A stretch of 64,000 nucleotides of DNA. Source: Octopus vulgaris (Eukaryota). Below, in pieces: positions 24,204-37,803 of the stretch. The stretch covers positions 108,624,001-108,688,000 of the forward strand of contig OX597816.1 of assembly GCA_951406725.2 (NCBI GenBank), given 5' to 3'. The translations under genes were made by a program, and so were the position numbers. Positions within the stretch are counted from its first letter, which is position 1, and every line of letters starts with the position of its first letter. The notes under the pieces were generated by a model. The model did not search any database. It was given only the letters and a program-made list of their open reading frames with translations, and was not told the origin of the DNA.

Positions 24204-27200
24204 GTATAAGTTATTTTCATTGATCCCATTATATGACAGGTATTATAATGACTTTGGAAAGAGCAGTAAACCTTGACTCACATAGGATTTATTTATTTTG
24301 TGAACAATAGCATCATTGATTATAGGTTTTGGATGTACGGACCAATCACTAGTTCACTGATGGTGAGAGTGACAAGAGATTATCTGTGCAACTCAGACAA
24401 AATAATTACCAGAAAGTATTTTTATTCAATGCAATGGTTTATGAGAGGTAATTTTATTGCCAATACATATGTATGCTCCTCTGTGTATGCGCATGCCTGT
24501 GCGTGTGAGTGCACACACACACACGTGCATGCTATGTGCATGCATAATGTTGTTTGTGGCGTGTGTGTTATGAAGATAGCATAAACTGACAATATGTCAG
24601 AATGCAGTTCCATCCAATCTTACGCCAGCATAGATAGACAGGATGTTAAAACAGCGTCGGAGATGGTGATGTGTATGAATGGAGGTGTTGTGTGAGCAAG
24701 TGTGCATGACCTCCACTCCCAGACACAAACCATTTAGCTAAGTAAAAAGGATGGACAGGAAGACTGATAAACAGCTGACTACATACAATACATATATGTT
24801 TGTGCGCATGTGTGTGTGCACGAGGTTGCAAGCACACACATACATACGCTTGCATAACAGACAAGCAAAAACCAAACAAATACACATCAGTAGAAAACTC
24901 ATATGCATACATAATATCAAATATTAGTTCACTAGTAACCTCTAACTGTTTTTGTCTCTTTGTTTGCATCACCACAACCTGTTAAAACAAATAGCAGCTA
25001 AATTTCCTCCAAATCCCAAGTTTATCTTAAACCTTTTGTTAAGACACTTCTGATGAAATAAAGTTCCTTTGCTTCAATTAATTCTGAAAATATTGACGGA
25101 TTCAGTAAAATAACTGTCATTGTTAACTAGTGTTTGGTTTGTAACAAAATGTATCAGAACTAAAAGCAATTTCAGGAGGATTGGCTGTAAAAAGTTTTCA
25201 AAATTTGAAGGACACATTAATTAGATAAGATAATATCAGATTCACTTAAAAGACCAGAATGTTGACAACCTGGATCATAGAACTTTGATCAAAGATGTTC
25301 AAAACTGTCATTAAAAAAACAGACAAGAAATACAAAGAACCAATGAAGTGATATCTCTCACTGAATAAGTAAATTATATGTGTGTGCTTGAGTGTGTGTG
25401 TGTGAGGATAACTATGCATATATAGACAATGATGATCATCATCATAGTTTAATGTCTGTTTTCCATGCTGGCATGGGTTGAATGATTTGACAGCAACTGG
25501 CTAGTTGAGGACCTGTCCAGACTCCAATTGCCAGTTGCAGCATGGTTTCTATGACTGGATGCCTTTTCCTAACACCAGCCACATCACAGAGTGTGTTGGG
25601 TGCTTTTAACATTCGACCACCATGGGTACATTTTAAGTGGCACCAGCACCTGCAAAGGACAAGACAATATGTATGAAATGCAGCGATTTTACTTGGCTTG
25701 ACATCTGAGACACCATTCATCATCTGAGGCATTTTATATTCAAAGAATTGTCCGTATGCCAATTTTTTCATGATGAGGGACATTCATAAATTGAGGCTGC
25801 ACTGTAGTGCAAAAACATACCACAGACTTCAATAGCCAAAAAATCATTATCATCTAATGTGAGTTCTCAATGCTGGCATGGGTTGGACAGTTTGACAGGA
25901 GCTGGTCAGCTTGGGGGGGGTTGTCCAAATCACCATTTGCCTGTTTTGGCATGATTTCTACTGCTGGATGCCCTTCCTGATGCCAACCACTTTACAGAGT
26001 GTATCAGGTGCGTCTTATATGGCACCAGCACAGGTGCTTTTACATTTCACTAGTATGGGCACTTTTTTACATGGCACCTGCACAGGCACTTTTATGTGGC
26101 ATCAGCACCCACGAACCCATGAGACTAGGATCTCTCAGCCGAAAGAGGGTTGTAGACAACATGCCTATATGCATGAACAACCACGATTTTAAAAATCATA
26201 GTTTTAGAAATCAAATTTAATAATTTATTCTTTCTATGCAGCCAAGTACCAAATGATCCATGGCCCAGTACTGGGCTGGGGTCTGGTGACTGACAGGGAC
26301 CCCACCATACACCACTATATGATGCATGTTTATTTTATTTGCATGTACATAAGAATGTCTATATTTGTAAATTTGTCACCAAATGGAATTTTGAGTAGCT
26401 TGAGTAAATATAGATGTGGTTTTCAATAGTGTACATGCATATATGTTTGAAATGTCTATGTGCATGTATTATATATCTGTTTTTAAACCAGCATTCTGTC
26501 ATCTGCAATAAATAAACATAATAGGAAATAAAACTTCTTAAAACCTTTTTCCCTTGTTTACCAACACACTGAAACAAAGCTCAGTCTTATGTTGTAACTA
26601 AATAATTTCTGCAGCTGTTTACAGTTTGTCTTCACCATTAGGAAAAATTTTCCATTTATTTATATAAAGATTATTACTGAAATATATTAGCTGAATTATC
26701 AGAGGTAATGAATCCATATTTAAATATTACAACATGTCTCAAGTAGTAAGTGTGTGTGTGTGTGTGTGTATAATATATACACATACACACACACACACAG
26801 AGTCTCTAGAGGAAAACTGTTTGTAACTAGGAAGAACAGTGTAGCAGAAATCCTTCACTGGTTGCTATGAAACGTGATAAAAAGGAAAGAAAAAAATTGG
26901 GGGAGGGGGTAAGAGCTTCAAGACAACCTACAAGAGATCCTCTCAAAATGGCAGACCTCCTTCAAGTCACATCCCAACTATCTTTAAAAAAAATGGGCTA
27001 CATTTGATAGATTTACACAATATCTGGGGGAAAAAATCAGAGGAACAGATATGCTAATTCATATATTTTATTCTTATATATATAAATCATCATTGTTTAA
27101 TGTCCGTTTTCCATGCTGGCATGGGTTATATATATATATATATTTATTCTTTTATTGGTTTCAGTCATTGAAGCATGACTATGACAAGGATTTTAGTTGA

Positions 27201-27599
27201 TGATATCAATCTTAATACTTTTTCTACGTTGACACTTTTTGATCAATTTCAAATTATCAAATTGTTAATTTACATTTTTTTTTTTTTTACATGAAGGAAA
27301 GTAATCTAAAAACCATTTGAAGTCTGAAAACATAAGCACTCACTCATGTGCGTACACATAAACAAACAAACAAAAGTACTCAATATCATACTTGAGATTA
27401 ATAATCATTTCAAATTTTGGCCACAAGGGCAGCTTGGGATGAGTCAATTACAGTAACCCCAGTCTTCAACTGGTATTTATTTTATCGATCCCAGAAGGAT
27501 GAAAGGCAAAGTCAACCTCACGGAATTTGAATTCAGATGGACAAAATACCACTAAGCATTTCATCAAGCGCACTAATAGTTGAGATTAATAATATACTT

Positions 27600-27754
27600 T
27601 ATTTGGTCTTGTCAGTCTCTTGCTACTCAAGTTTCTCCTGTGAGTGCATAGGATCTTCAGGCAAGTTATGACTCATAACTTGCCTGAAGATTTTGTGCAC
27701 TCACAGGAGAAACTCAAAGTAGCTAGAGACTAAGAGACTGACTCAACCAAAATA
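27600..27754. ncRNA. Palindromic element carrying a minimal type I hammerhead ribozyme core on each strand
   Basis: Palindrome centred on 27672. Plus strand: CTTGC-CTGAAGA(27684-27690)-TTTTGTG cact CACAGGA-GAAA-C tcaaa G-TA^GCTAG. Minus strand: CTTGC-CTGAAGA(27660-27654)-TCCTATG cact CACAGGA-GAAA-C ttga G-TA^GCAAG. Confidence 0.65.
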
Positions 27755-27832
27755 ATAGTTGGTTTTTTTTTTTACCTGTTTCAGTCAATGATCTGCCACC
27801 ATACTGGGATATCCACCTTGAAGGGTTTAGCC

Positions 27833-28539
27833 CAGGGGTTCTCAACTGGGTTCCATACGACCTGGGGGGATCCATATAAGTTTTTTAGGGGTCCACAAAA
27901 GTAAAATAGTAAATTAGAGATCAATCGTAGTTTTTTTGGGGGGAGTCTATGAAAAAGTTTTGCTTTCCCTATACTCTCAAAGGATCTTTGTCCTGCAAGT
28001 TACTTGGTGACCCAGCCAGTGTTGGTGCCACGTAAAAAGCATCCAGTCCACACTGTAAAGTGGTCAGTGTTTGGAAGGGCATCCAGCTGTAAAAGCCATG
28101 CCAAAACTGACCTCACCTGTGCCCATGCTATGTAAAAAGCACTTTGTCCACTGTTTGGTGGGTGGGTGGGTGGTTGGTGTTAGGAAGGGCATCCAGCCGT
28201 AAAAACCATGCCAAAACAGACACAGAAGTCTGGTGGTCTCCTGCCTGGTCAGCTCCTGTCAAACCATTCAACCCATGCCAACATGGTAGACAGACATTAA
28301 ACAATGATGATGATGATACATTTATTACTAGAAACGGCTAGGTTTCTTTCTCTAATATTATACATAGTTCAAACTACACAAGTGAATGTGTGAAAAAAAA
28401 AAAAAAAAAATAGAAATTTTAAAAGAAGTTTCTACAAAACTAGTTTTTAAACATTAAATGGTTAATGGGGAGGGGAAGTCCACCAGAACAGAATAATAAT
28501 CAAAGGGTCTCATAAGTAAAAAATGTTTGAGAACCACTT
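27833..28539. mobile_element. hAT-type MITE with 8-bp TSD, interrupted by a family 3 SINE (~27985-28318)
   Basis: caggggttctcaac ... gtttgagaaccactt, with TSD gtttagcc (27825-27832) / gtttagtc (28540-28547). Confidence 0.8.
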
Positions 28540-29189
28540 GTTTAGTCAACCAAAATGACCCGACCCCAGCACTTATTTATTTTTTAAGCTGAGTATATAG
28601 CAAAAGCAGATGTGATGATCGTAGTTGGACCACTTTTAACTCTTTAGTATTCATATTATTCTGTTGAAAGTAGTACTTATTTATTCACCTTGTTTTGAAT
28701 TAATCATGCATTATCTTGTAGCTTTGAGATTTTGATGAGGTAACTATCAATTTTCAGAATGATATTATAGGGTTGGTGTGAGAGGCTAGATCTGGACAGT
28801 TTGAAGATAAAACAAGTTGAATATTTTGGCTGGATATGGCAGGTTTAAATGCTGAAGTGTTAAACAGGTTTGCTTGATCAGAACTAAATCGGATGGAGTG
28901 AGCAGAGCTAAACAACAATAATTACAACCAATTAAGCAGAATACTATTTATCAACTCAGGTATCCATGAAGTCCCTTCAAGAGAAAAGAGCAGGGACCCA
29001 AACTCTAAAACAAGTAAGATTGATACAATTAAGTTGATGCTTATGGCCAGAGGTGGTGTGTGGGTGAGATACAATATGGGTAATGAGAAAAGGAAACTGA
29101 TGTTGGGGTGGTTTTCACTAAGCCAGTTCGGAAGAACAGAGGCAGTTGTAATACCAATAAAAGTAGAATGAGGAGTTATCATTGCTGAC

Positions 29190-29500
29190 AAGTGCATGGC
29201 TTAATGGTTAGGGTATTTGGCTCACGACCATAAGGTCGTGAGTTCATTTCCTGGTGATGCATTGTGTCCTTGAGCAAGACACTATTTCATGTTGCTCCAG
29301 TTCATTCAACTGGCAAAAATGAGTAGCACCTGTATTTCAAAGAGCCAGCCTTGTCACACTGTCATGCTGAATCACCCTGGGATTAAGTTAAGGGTACACG
29401 TGTCTGTGGAGTGCTCAGCCATTTGCATGGTAATTTCATGAACAGGCTGTTCTGCTGATTGGATCAACTGGAACCCTCATAACTGACAGAGTACCAGTTA
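29190..29500 (+). mobile_element. SINE family 4
   Basis: tRNA-like head gcatggcttaatggttaggg...gtgagttcatttcc, then the ttgtgtccttgagcaagacact domain. The 3' part is shared with 51631-52000. Confidence 0.8.
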
Positions 29501-30630
29501 CAAGCCAATAACCATACCATACTTAACTCTGAGAAATGCTATCTGCAGTATAACCTACTTATAAAGAACATACTTTCTCATAGCATTCCAAACCACTTAA
29601 AATATTTAATTATTTTATTTTCTTAGTATCTGAACTCATTATAAAAGGCAAATCAAAATTCTAGCATGCACCTTGTCTAATTAAATTATAAGTTAAGTCT
29701 GAATTAATTGCTTAAATTAACTATAAGTATATACATATACACACACATACATATATATAAACTTTTGGTCATGAATGACCATTGGAATGCACTTAGGAAG
29801 TTACCCCTGAGGCACAAGTCTGGGCAAGGTTGTTTATGGAAGACCAGCAGTCCACCTATACATACCAGCCTCCCCTCTTCACACCACCGATGTTATCCAA
29901 GGGAATGGCAAAAGCCAATACAGCTTGGCACCAGTGATGTCTGAGTGAACTGAAGCAACATGAAATAAAGTGTCTTGCTCAAGAATACAACACACAACCC
30001 AGTCCAGGAACCGAACTCACTATCTCATGATTATGAACCTGACACTCTAACCACTGAGCCATGCACCTTCACTACATATATACACACCCATATTTATACA
30101 TATCTGATACTGGAATATACACATTTATGTATTTTTATATTAAAATGCTTATAAAAATACACACATACACCCACACATGAATGGGTGAATGAGTCACCAA
30201 GTAACAGACAGAATGATGGGCAGACATCAATATTATATAATTGTTATTTGTTTTGCATATGCATGCTGCAAACAGAATCAAGCAACAATGTGTATATTTG
30301 TCATACTATAGCATAACTGGCTGAATATTCCACAAATGTCAATCCTTGAAGTGATCCTTGAATTTACAAAACAAAAGGTGACATTATATGACGAGAATTG
30401 ATTGAACCTTTGAATTACAAGTATAGCCTAACTGAATGGGCTTCTACATAGAATCCGTTTATCTAATTTTTCTGTCATGGATTCAGTCAACTTGAGTCAG
30501 CGCTAGAAACATTTGGCTCAGGGTGACACGAAATGGAAACAAATTTGCAGCTTTATTGAAGCAAAGACAACTATTCAGCAACTAATAGCAGAACCATTGA
30601 TGTATGCATAAATTGTTTTGTGTGTGTGTG

Positions 30631-30733
<103 letters not shown>

Positions 30734-31594
30734 AGACAACAGGAAAACTATAATTGTCACTAAATATGACTAGTGTTAGAAACACCTATATTGCTAGAAA
30801 TAAGAGTTTAAATGCTCTAATGCTGTAGTTAAAGCATATAATTGTATACATTATGTACTTACAAGAACTGCAATTGCCCAAAAACACAGCTGTGTGGTAA
30901 GAAGTTTGCTTCCCATCCATGTACCAAACCCTGAGTGGATTCGGTAGAGGGAAACTGACAGAAGCCTGTAGTGTGTGTGTGTGTGTGCATGTGCATTTGT
31001 CTCCACTGTCACTTGACAACTGATTTTGGTTTGTTTACATTCACATAACTTAGCGTTTTGGCAAGTAGACCAGTAGAATAAGTATCAGGCTTTAAAAAAA
31101 AATGTAAATACTGGAATCAATTCGTTCAACTAAAATCTTTCAAGATGGTGCCCCAGCATGGCCACAGTTAAATGACTGAAACAAGTAAAAGAAAAAAAGA
31201 TACAACACTTAAGCATTTACTCTACAGGTTTTATGTTCTCTACTTGCTTTATGTGCTCTACAGGTTTTATATTCAAACTACCCAGATCCACCCCCTTGCA
31301 CCTAACCTACAATATCATTCTAAAAATAAGCACTCACATTATCAAAAATTTGAAAGATACAAGATAATGCATGATTAATTCAAAACAATGTAGACAAATA
31401 AAGCATTACATTTGACAAAGTAACCTGAATGTTAAAGGGGTAATGAGCAGGCATGGCTGTGTGTTAAGAAGTTTACTTCTCAATTACATCGTTCTGGGTT
31501 CAATCCCACTGTATGGCACTTGAGCAAATATCTTCTATCTGGGACAAAAAAAAAGACTTCTGAGTGGATTTGGTAGCCAGAAACTAAAGAAGTC

Positions 31595-31632
<38 letters not shown>

Positions 31633-31634
<2 letters not shown>

Positions 31635-31751
31635 AGGGTTTACTCGCAAACAAGAACATTGTTAACAGTGACTGGCTTAGCTGATGATGGTTCAGCTGGC
31701 CAAAACTTCAAAGTTACTGTCAACAATAGTCTTGTTTAAGAATAAGCTTGT
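31633..31751 (+). other. Imperfect hairpin enclosing a degenerate hammerhead-like core
   Basis: ~40-bp inverted arms (31633-31673 / 31712-31751) around CTGATGA(31681-31687)-tggttcagctggcc-AAAAC-ttcaaa-GTT. Confidence 0.35.
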
Positions 31752-31847
31752 ACTCCAGATTAATGTATTCCCCAATTTAATGTAAAATTGTTTTTTTTTA
31801 ATTATAACTAATCATAAAAAATGTTAACATATATGTGTTAACATATA

Positions 31848-32212
31848 GGCGCAGGAGTGGATGTGTGGTAAGTAGCTTGCTAACCAACCACATGGTTCCG
31901 GGTTCAGTCCCACTGCGTGGCATCTTGGGCAAGTGTCTTCTGCTATAGCCCTGGGCTGACCAATGCCTTGTGAGTGGATTTGGTAGACGGAAATTGAAAG
32001 AAGCCTGTCGTATATATGTATATATGTATGTGTGTATATGTGTTTGTGTTTGTCCCCCTGGTGTGTTTACGTCCCCGTCACTTAGTGGTTCAGCAAAAGA
32101 GACCGATAGAATAAGTACTGGGCTTACAAAGAATAAGTCCTGGGGTCGATTTGCTCGACTAAAAGGCGGTACTCCAGCATGGCTGCAGTCAAATGACTGA
32201 AACAAGTAAAAG
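31848..32212 (+). mobile_element. SINE family 1, near-consensus copy
   Basis: ggcgcaggagtgg...gtcaaatgactgaaacaagtaaaag with most CpGs retained. Confidence 0.9.
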
Positions 32213-32922
32213 AGAGAAAGAGAAAGAGAGTGTGTATGCCTGTGTGTGTGTGTGTGTGTGTGTGTGCATTGGAAACCAATGTGGGTTGGTGACAGAAAGG
32301 GCATCCAACCATAGAAAATCTTCCTCAGTAAATTCTATGCAACCCCTGCAAGCCAGGAAAAAATGGATGTTGTTGTTGTTGATGATGATGATGATGGTCA
32401 TGCTGGTCCTGGTGTTGTGTGCTGTGTGTTTTACATCTGTTTTTCCATGCAAGCATAAATAATTTGAATTCAAAACCTAATTAGTGTAAGATACTTATTA
32501 GAATACATTATTAATTAGTAAAATTTGTTTCAAGTTAATAAGTAACCAAACAAGTTTTGGTATGGTCACAATGACTTTGTTGTAAAGGTTTGAGGCAAAA
32601 ATCTTATATAAAAAAACCAATAAAAAACCAAAACAGAAGGTAACAATAAGGCCTACACCGGAAAAACCAAGTGCAAATTTGGACAACTCACACAAACTCA
32701 TATAATACACAACGCTTTAGATATTGCTAGTGTAGGAAAAGAAAGTCAATGTCAAGGCCATTCAATTGTTTGCTTCCGCCACCACTTCTACTAATAAAGA
32801 GCAAAAGTATCCAAAAAAAAAAAAATCTCAAAATAACAATTTGTATCATGGTCATCTATTAATAAGCACATCTTAATTAGACTATAGCTATAAAATATAG
32901 ACCAATCTCTCTCTCATATATA

Positions 32923-32953
<31 letters not shown>

Positions 32954-33408
32954 TTATATATATAAAATACTTAAATACTTATATAAGTAATTAAAAACTT
33001 ACAAACCAATAAAATAGCCTAGTGGTGATTACATAATAAAAACATACACATAAATACAATAACTACACTATAAAGATTGACCAGCTTTTTTCTTCCCTTT
33101 TTGTACAACCAAAGGCATAATATACATATTGTGGTCATTAAATAAAAACAAATCATTCATAGATATATATATATATAGAGAGAGAGAGGGGGGGAGTGAC
33201 AAAATAATAGAATATAATAGTGGGAGAAGAGGAGGTAAAAAAATAAGAGAAAGAGAGAAAAACGAAAGAGTAAAACGATCATATAGAGTGCGCATCAGAA
33301 TTATTAAGATAAAACTTACTTGGAAGATGCATGGCATTCAATCATATAATAATATATTTTAACATATATATGCATATATACATACTCACATCTATACGTA
33401 TATACATC

Positions 33409-34102
33409 TATGCATATGTGGGCAGAGGACGCCATGAAACATGTACAACAAAAAGAATACGAAGTACGAGCACATGGAATATGAACTATTTTTTCAAACA
33501 ACGAAAGACATAAATGGAAAACAAGACAAATGACAAAGAACAACCCTTTATCAGTTGTTGGCTGTTTCTCTACTCTCCTCTCCCTCACTCCTCCTCCCTT
33601 GCTCATGTGGTTCCCACGTATCCATCGGCCATCTTTCTTTCTTCTAACTTGTCTTTCTTTCTTTCCGTTGTGGCTGGAGCAAGGAGGACGTATTCTTGTC
33701 TGTCTCCTGTCCAAGCTTGATTTACGTGTTCACCACCACAATGCCATTTAGGCTTAGCAGCCCTTCCTGTTTGTTTCCACTGTCCTGTTTGTGTTAACAA
33801 TTTTGGCCCTCCACAAAATCTCAAATTTTATTTAATTTGCTTTGCAGGAGCAACTGTTCTATCGAAAGCGTATATTGTTGTTAAATGCTCAAAATGGGAG
33901 AGAACAGAAATAGCCAATAACTCATGAAGGGTCATTCTTTATGTTGTTTGTCTTGTTTTCCATTTGTGCCTTTCATTGTTAAAAAAAATAGTTCATATTC
34001 CATGTACTCGTACTTCGTATTTTTGTTTTTTTTTTGTTGTACATGTTTCATATTTTGTTTTTTTTTTTTGTTGTACGCTTCATGGCATCCTGTGCCCACA
34101 TA

Positions 34103-34108
<6 letters not shown>
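33409..34108. mobile_element. Foldback element with ~170-210-bp inverted arms, in TA-microsatellite context
   Basis: 33409-33578 (tgcatatgtgggcagaggac...tacgaagtacgagcacatggaatatgaactatttt...ctctcc) is the reverse complement of 33896-34108. Spacer ~320 bp. Confidence 0.8.
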
Positions 34109-34152
<44 letters not shown>

Positions 34153-35332
34153 CTGTTCACCTAATGACAAATGCTTAAGCAAAGAAACTATCAATGAAGA
34201 AAGCTACCATCCAAAGTATGTAGCATGAATATAAGTCACACTTTGTGTATGAGAAACAGGCTCACCACAACAGTGTTCAGATATCTATAGAAATTGAATT
34301 GAAATACCAATGTGTTAGCCCTTTTGATATCTATTCATAAAGCAATACAATGTCAACAATGCATTGTGGAAAAATACGTCACAACCAAGTAAACTAATGC
34401 TTAAAAGAATGGAAATATCCAAATGCCATCATTATAATACCAATATAAAATCTAGTTAATTTTCTAGGGGACAAATAATTGAGAGTACCTCAGTTGATTC
34501 AGTCATTAGACTGTGACCATGCTGAGGTACCACCTTGAAGAATTTTTAGTTCAATGAATCAACCCAAGTACTTTTTTTAAAGCCTAGTGCTTACTCTATC
34601 GGTCTCTTATTTCTGATTTCTTTACTGCCCACAAGGAGCTACACACAGAGGGGATAAACAAGGACAGTCTCGGTCGCTTTTGCTAAGTTACAAGGACTTA
34701 AACACACCAACACCGATTGTCAAGCAGAGGTGGGAGACACATAAAGACACACAGACACACACACATAATATATATATAATATCATGTACCAAATCCACTC
34801 ACAGGGCTTTGGTTGGCCCAAGGCTACAGCAGAAGACACTTGCCCAAGGTACCATGCAGTAGGAGTGAACCTGAAAGTATGTGGTTGGGAAGCAACCCAC
34901 CATCTAAGCACCAAACTTGAAGTGAAGGCACACTTTCCACTTCGCAGACACATAATTTTGAGCTCAATCCCAGTCAGGCAAGTGTTGTCGTCTACACACC
35001 AAGACCTGCCAAAATCTTGCAAATTAATTTTGTGGATAGAAACTGAAAGACTATCACGTGTGTGTGCATGTGTCTGTATGCATGTGTTTGATTACACCTG
35101 TGGTCCACAAAAGTTGTGAGCTCTGAGCGGTATTGTTGTTGCTGTCACTTTTCCAGTCAATAAATCAACTTCATGCCTTGTGGCTTCAAAGACATGTGAA
35201 GTAAGATATACTTAATTTGAAAAATGAATAAAGATTAGTGACAGGAAGAGCATTTGGCTGTAAAATGCAATGGCCCAGTAAATAATATATTCATCTAACC
35301 CTCAGTAGCATGCAAAAGCATTCAAAACAAAG

Positions 35333-35387
<55 letters not shown>

Positions 35388-36570
35388 AATTATAATAATA
35401 GGGAGTATAACTCCAAACTTACAGGGAAAAATTCAATTTAGTATTTAAATCAAATTTCACAATATAAATATATAAAATATAAATTAGAGATAATATGTTT
35501 TATAAAAATATATTTTATTTGTAATTTATGTTTTGGTTTATGTCTATCATTGTTTGAATTGCATAATAGTGGCTTTATCTCATCATCATTTAATGTCCAT
35601 TATCCATGCTGGCATGGGTTGAATGGTTTAACTGGAGCTAGTAAGCCAGAGAGTTGCATCAGGCACCAGTCTGTTTTGGCTTAGTCTCTACAGCTGGATG
35701 CTCTTCCTAGTGCCAGCCACTCAACAGAGTGTACTGGTGTCTTTTATGTGTCACTGCCACAGGTGCATTTTACATTTCATATTGCTTCTCTCGCCATTTA
35801 TACACCTCTTACTATCTATCACCTTCTCACCCCTATCCTCTTCTGAGACAGTACACAGTCTAGTATAGTCTAAACAAGCCTTCAGGTCAGAAGACAAAGA
35901 TTTTTACATAGGGAGAAGGAAGCATGATTTTCACTCTGTTCATAAAAATAGTCACCACACATTCACTTTTGGTTAGCTTTTTAGTGCTCCATATTATTGA
36001 ATATGTCAACCTTAACTTTACACATCACAAAATATATCCTTTGGATTCCTGCCAAATTAAGGAAACCATAAACCCAAACAATTTCATTTTTTAATTAAAA
36101 AAAAATGTTTACCCGATAATTTTCAAAACTTGACATTCTAAATTAAACACAAGGAAAGTTTGATCCAATTTTACAGTAATCCAGTCTATTAGAACAGTAA
36201 GATGGTAAAAATTATTAAAAAAAAAAGCATTGTATGTAATTTCTTTCTTTAAAATAAAAATGAGCTTATCATCCCTATTTTTTCTCTCTTTTCCACACAT
36301 ATACACTCTCTCTCTCTCTCTCTCTCTCTCTAAAAAAAACTAAAAGATGAACTGATTTTTATTCAGTTGATGTTGAAGAATAACCTTATTTCCCTTCTAT
36401 AAATTTAGTCTGAAGCCTTACAAATAAATGAAATGGGAATTTATTTTTAGTGTATATGTTTTTGCCTTTTACCAAAAATTCTTAAGGCATTATATGAAAC
36501 CATAGTAATCAGAACTCAAAACTAGGGTGTGGTCTCACTTTACAGAGAACTTAGCATTAATCTAACTTAA

Positions 36571-37754
36571 TCACAATATGGATTTGTCCCTAACTCCAGC
36601 TGCAGTGACCAGCTTGTCGAGTTCCTTGAGGACATTACTCAGATTACTGACAGTGGCTCATGGGTGGATGTTGTCTACCTTGACTTTGCTAAGGCTTTCA
36701 ACTCTGTGCCACACAAAAGGCTTATGGTGAAACTCTCTGCAATGGGTGTGGGGGATGACCTTTTTAACTGGTTGAAATCCTTCATCCTCAGCCGAAAGGA
36801 GGTAGTCACAGTTCTAGGACAGCACTCTACACCATATGAGATGTCATCGGGTGTACCACAGGGATCTGTCCTTGGTCCCCTCTTGTTTGTGGCATACATT
36901 AACGACATAGATGCCAATTTAAAGAATGCCACAGTATTGAAATATGCAGACGACATCAAGCTGTACCTTGAAATCAAGAGGACAGATCCTGATGTCTACA
37001 ACTCTTTCCTGCAATCAGACCTAGACACAATGCAGCAATGGATCACAGACTGGCAACTGAAACTGGCTGTGGACAAGTGTACCACCATGCATTTTGGGAG
37101 AAAAAACCCTGCGTTCACATACTCCCTCCACAACACTGATATCAAGAAATCCTCTTGCGAGCGTGACCTAGGCATCACTGTCAGCAGTGATTTGCGTTGG
37201 TCAAAGCATATCTCTAAGATTGTCAGGAAGGCCGAGGGTGTCTTGGCATCACTCAGCAGGTCTTTTGTTAGCCGCTCTCCAGCCATCTATTTAAAACTGT
37301 ATCAGCTATGGTACGAACACACTTGGAATTCGCATCATCAGTTTGGAACCCCTATCTTGCACAGAACATTGACCTCCTGGAATCTGTCCAGAGACGTGCA
37401 ACCAAACGCATACCCTCCATCAGACACCTACCATATTCTGAGCACCTTGTCTCCCTGGGCATGGATTCACTGAAGCTCCGGCGTTTGGCGACGGACTTGG
37501 TAAACACCCACAAAGTTATCAACCACCTCACCAACAACAACACTGAACACCTTTTTGATCTCCATGTGTCTAACACACGTGGACATGCCTACAAAGTCAG
37601 AAAACAATACAGCTCCCATGACTTTCGGAAACATTTTTTCACGCTCAGAGTTGCTGAAGCATGGAATAAACTGCCTGCGTCAGTTGTTGACTGCCATGAC
37701 ACTGCATCTTTTAAGGCCCTCATGCTTTCCGAAATCCGCCGAAACTACACCTGA
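36571..37754 (+). pseudogene. LINE ORF2 reverse transcriptase fragment, one frameshift near 37302
   Basis: Track ORFs 36664-37473 and 37308-37754 join into one RT/C-terminal reading frame if one base is restored at LKLY|AMVRTHLEF. No endonuclease domain (5' truncated). Confidence 0.9.
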
Positions 37755-37803
37755 TTATATATACACTTTAGATGAGTTGTAGTGCACCTGAGCACTCTAC
37801 ACA

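Noticed and set aside
36675-37576. Three minus-strand ORFs overlapping the LINE
   Set aside because: They are antisense shadows of the RT reading frame.
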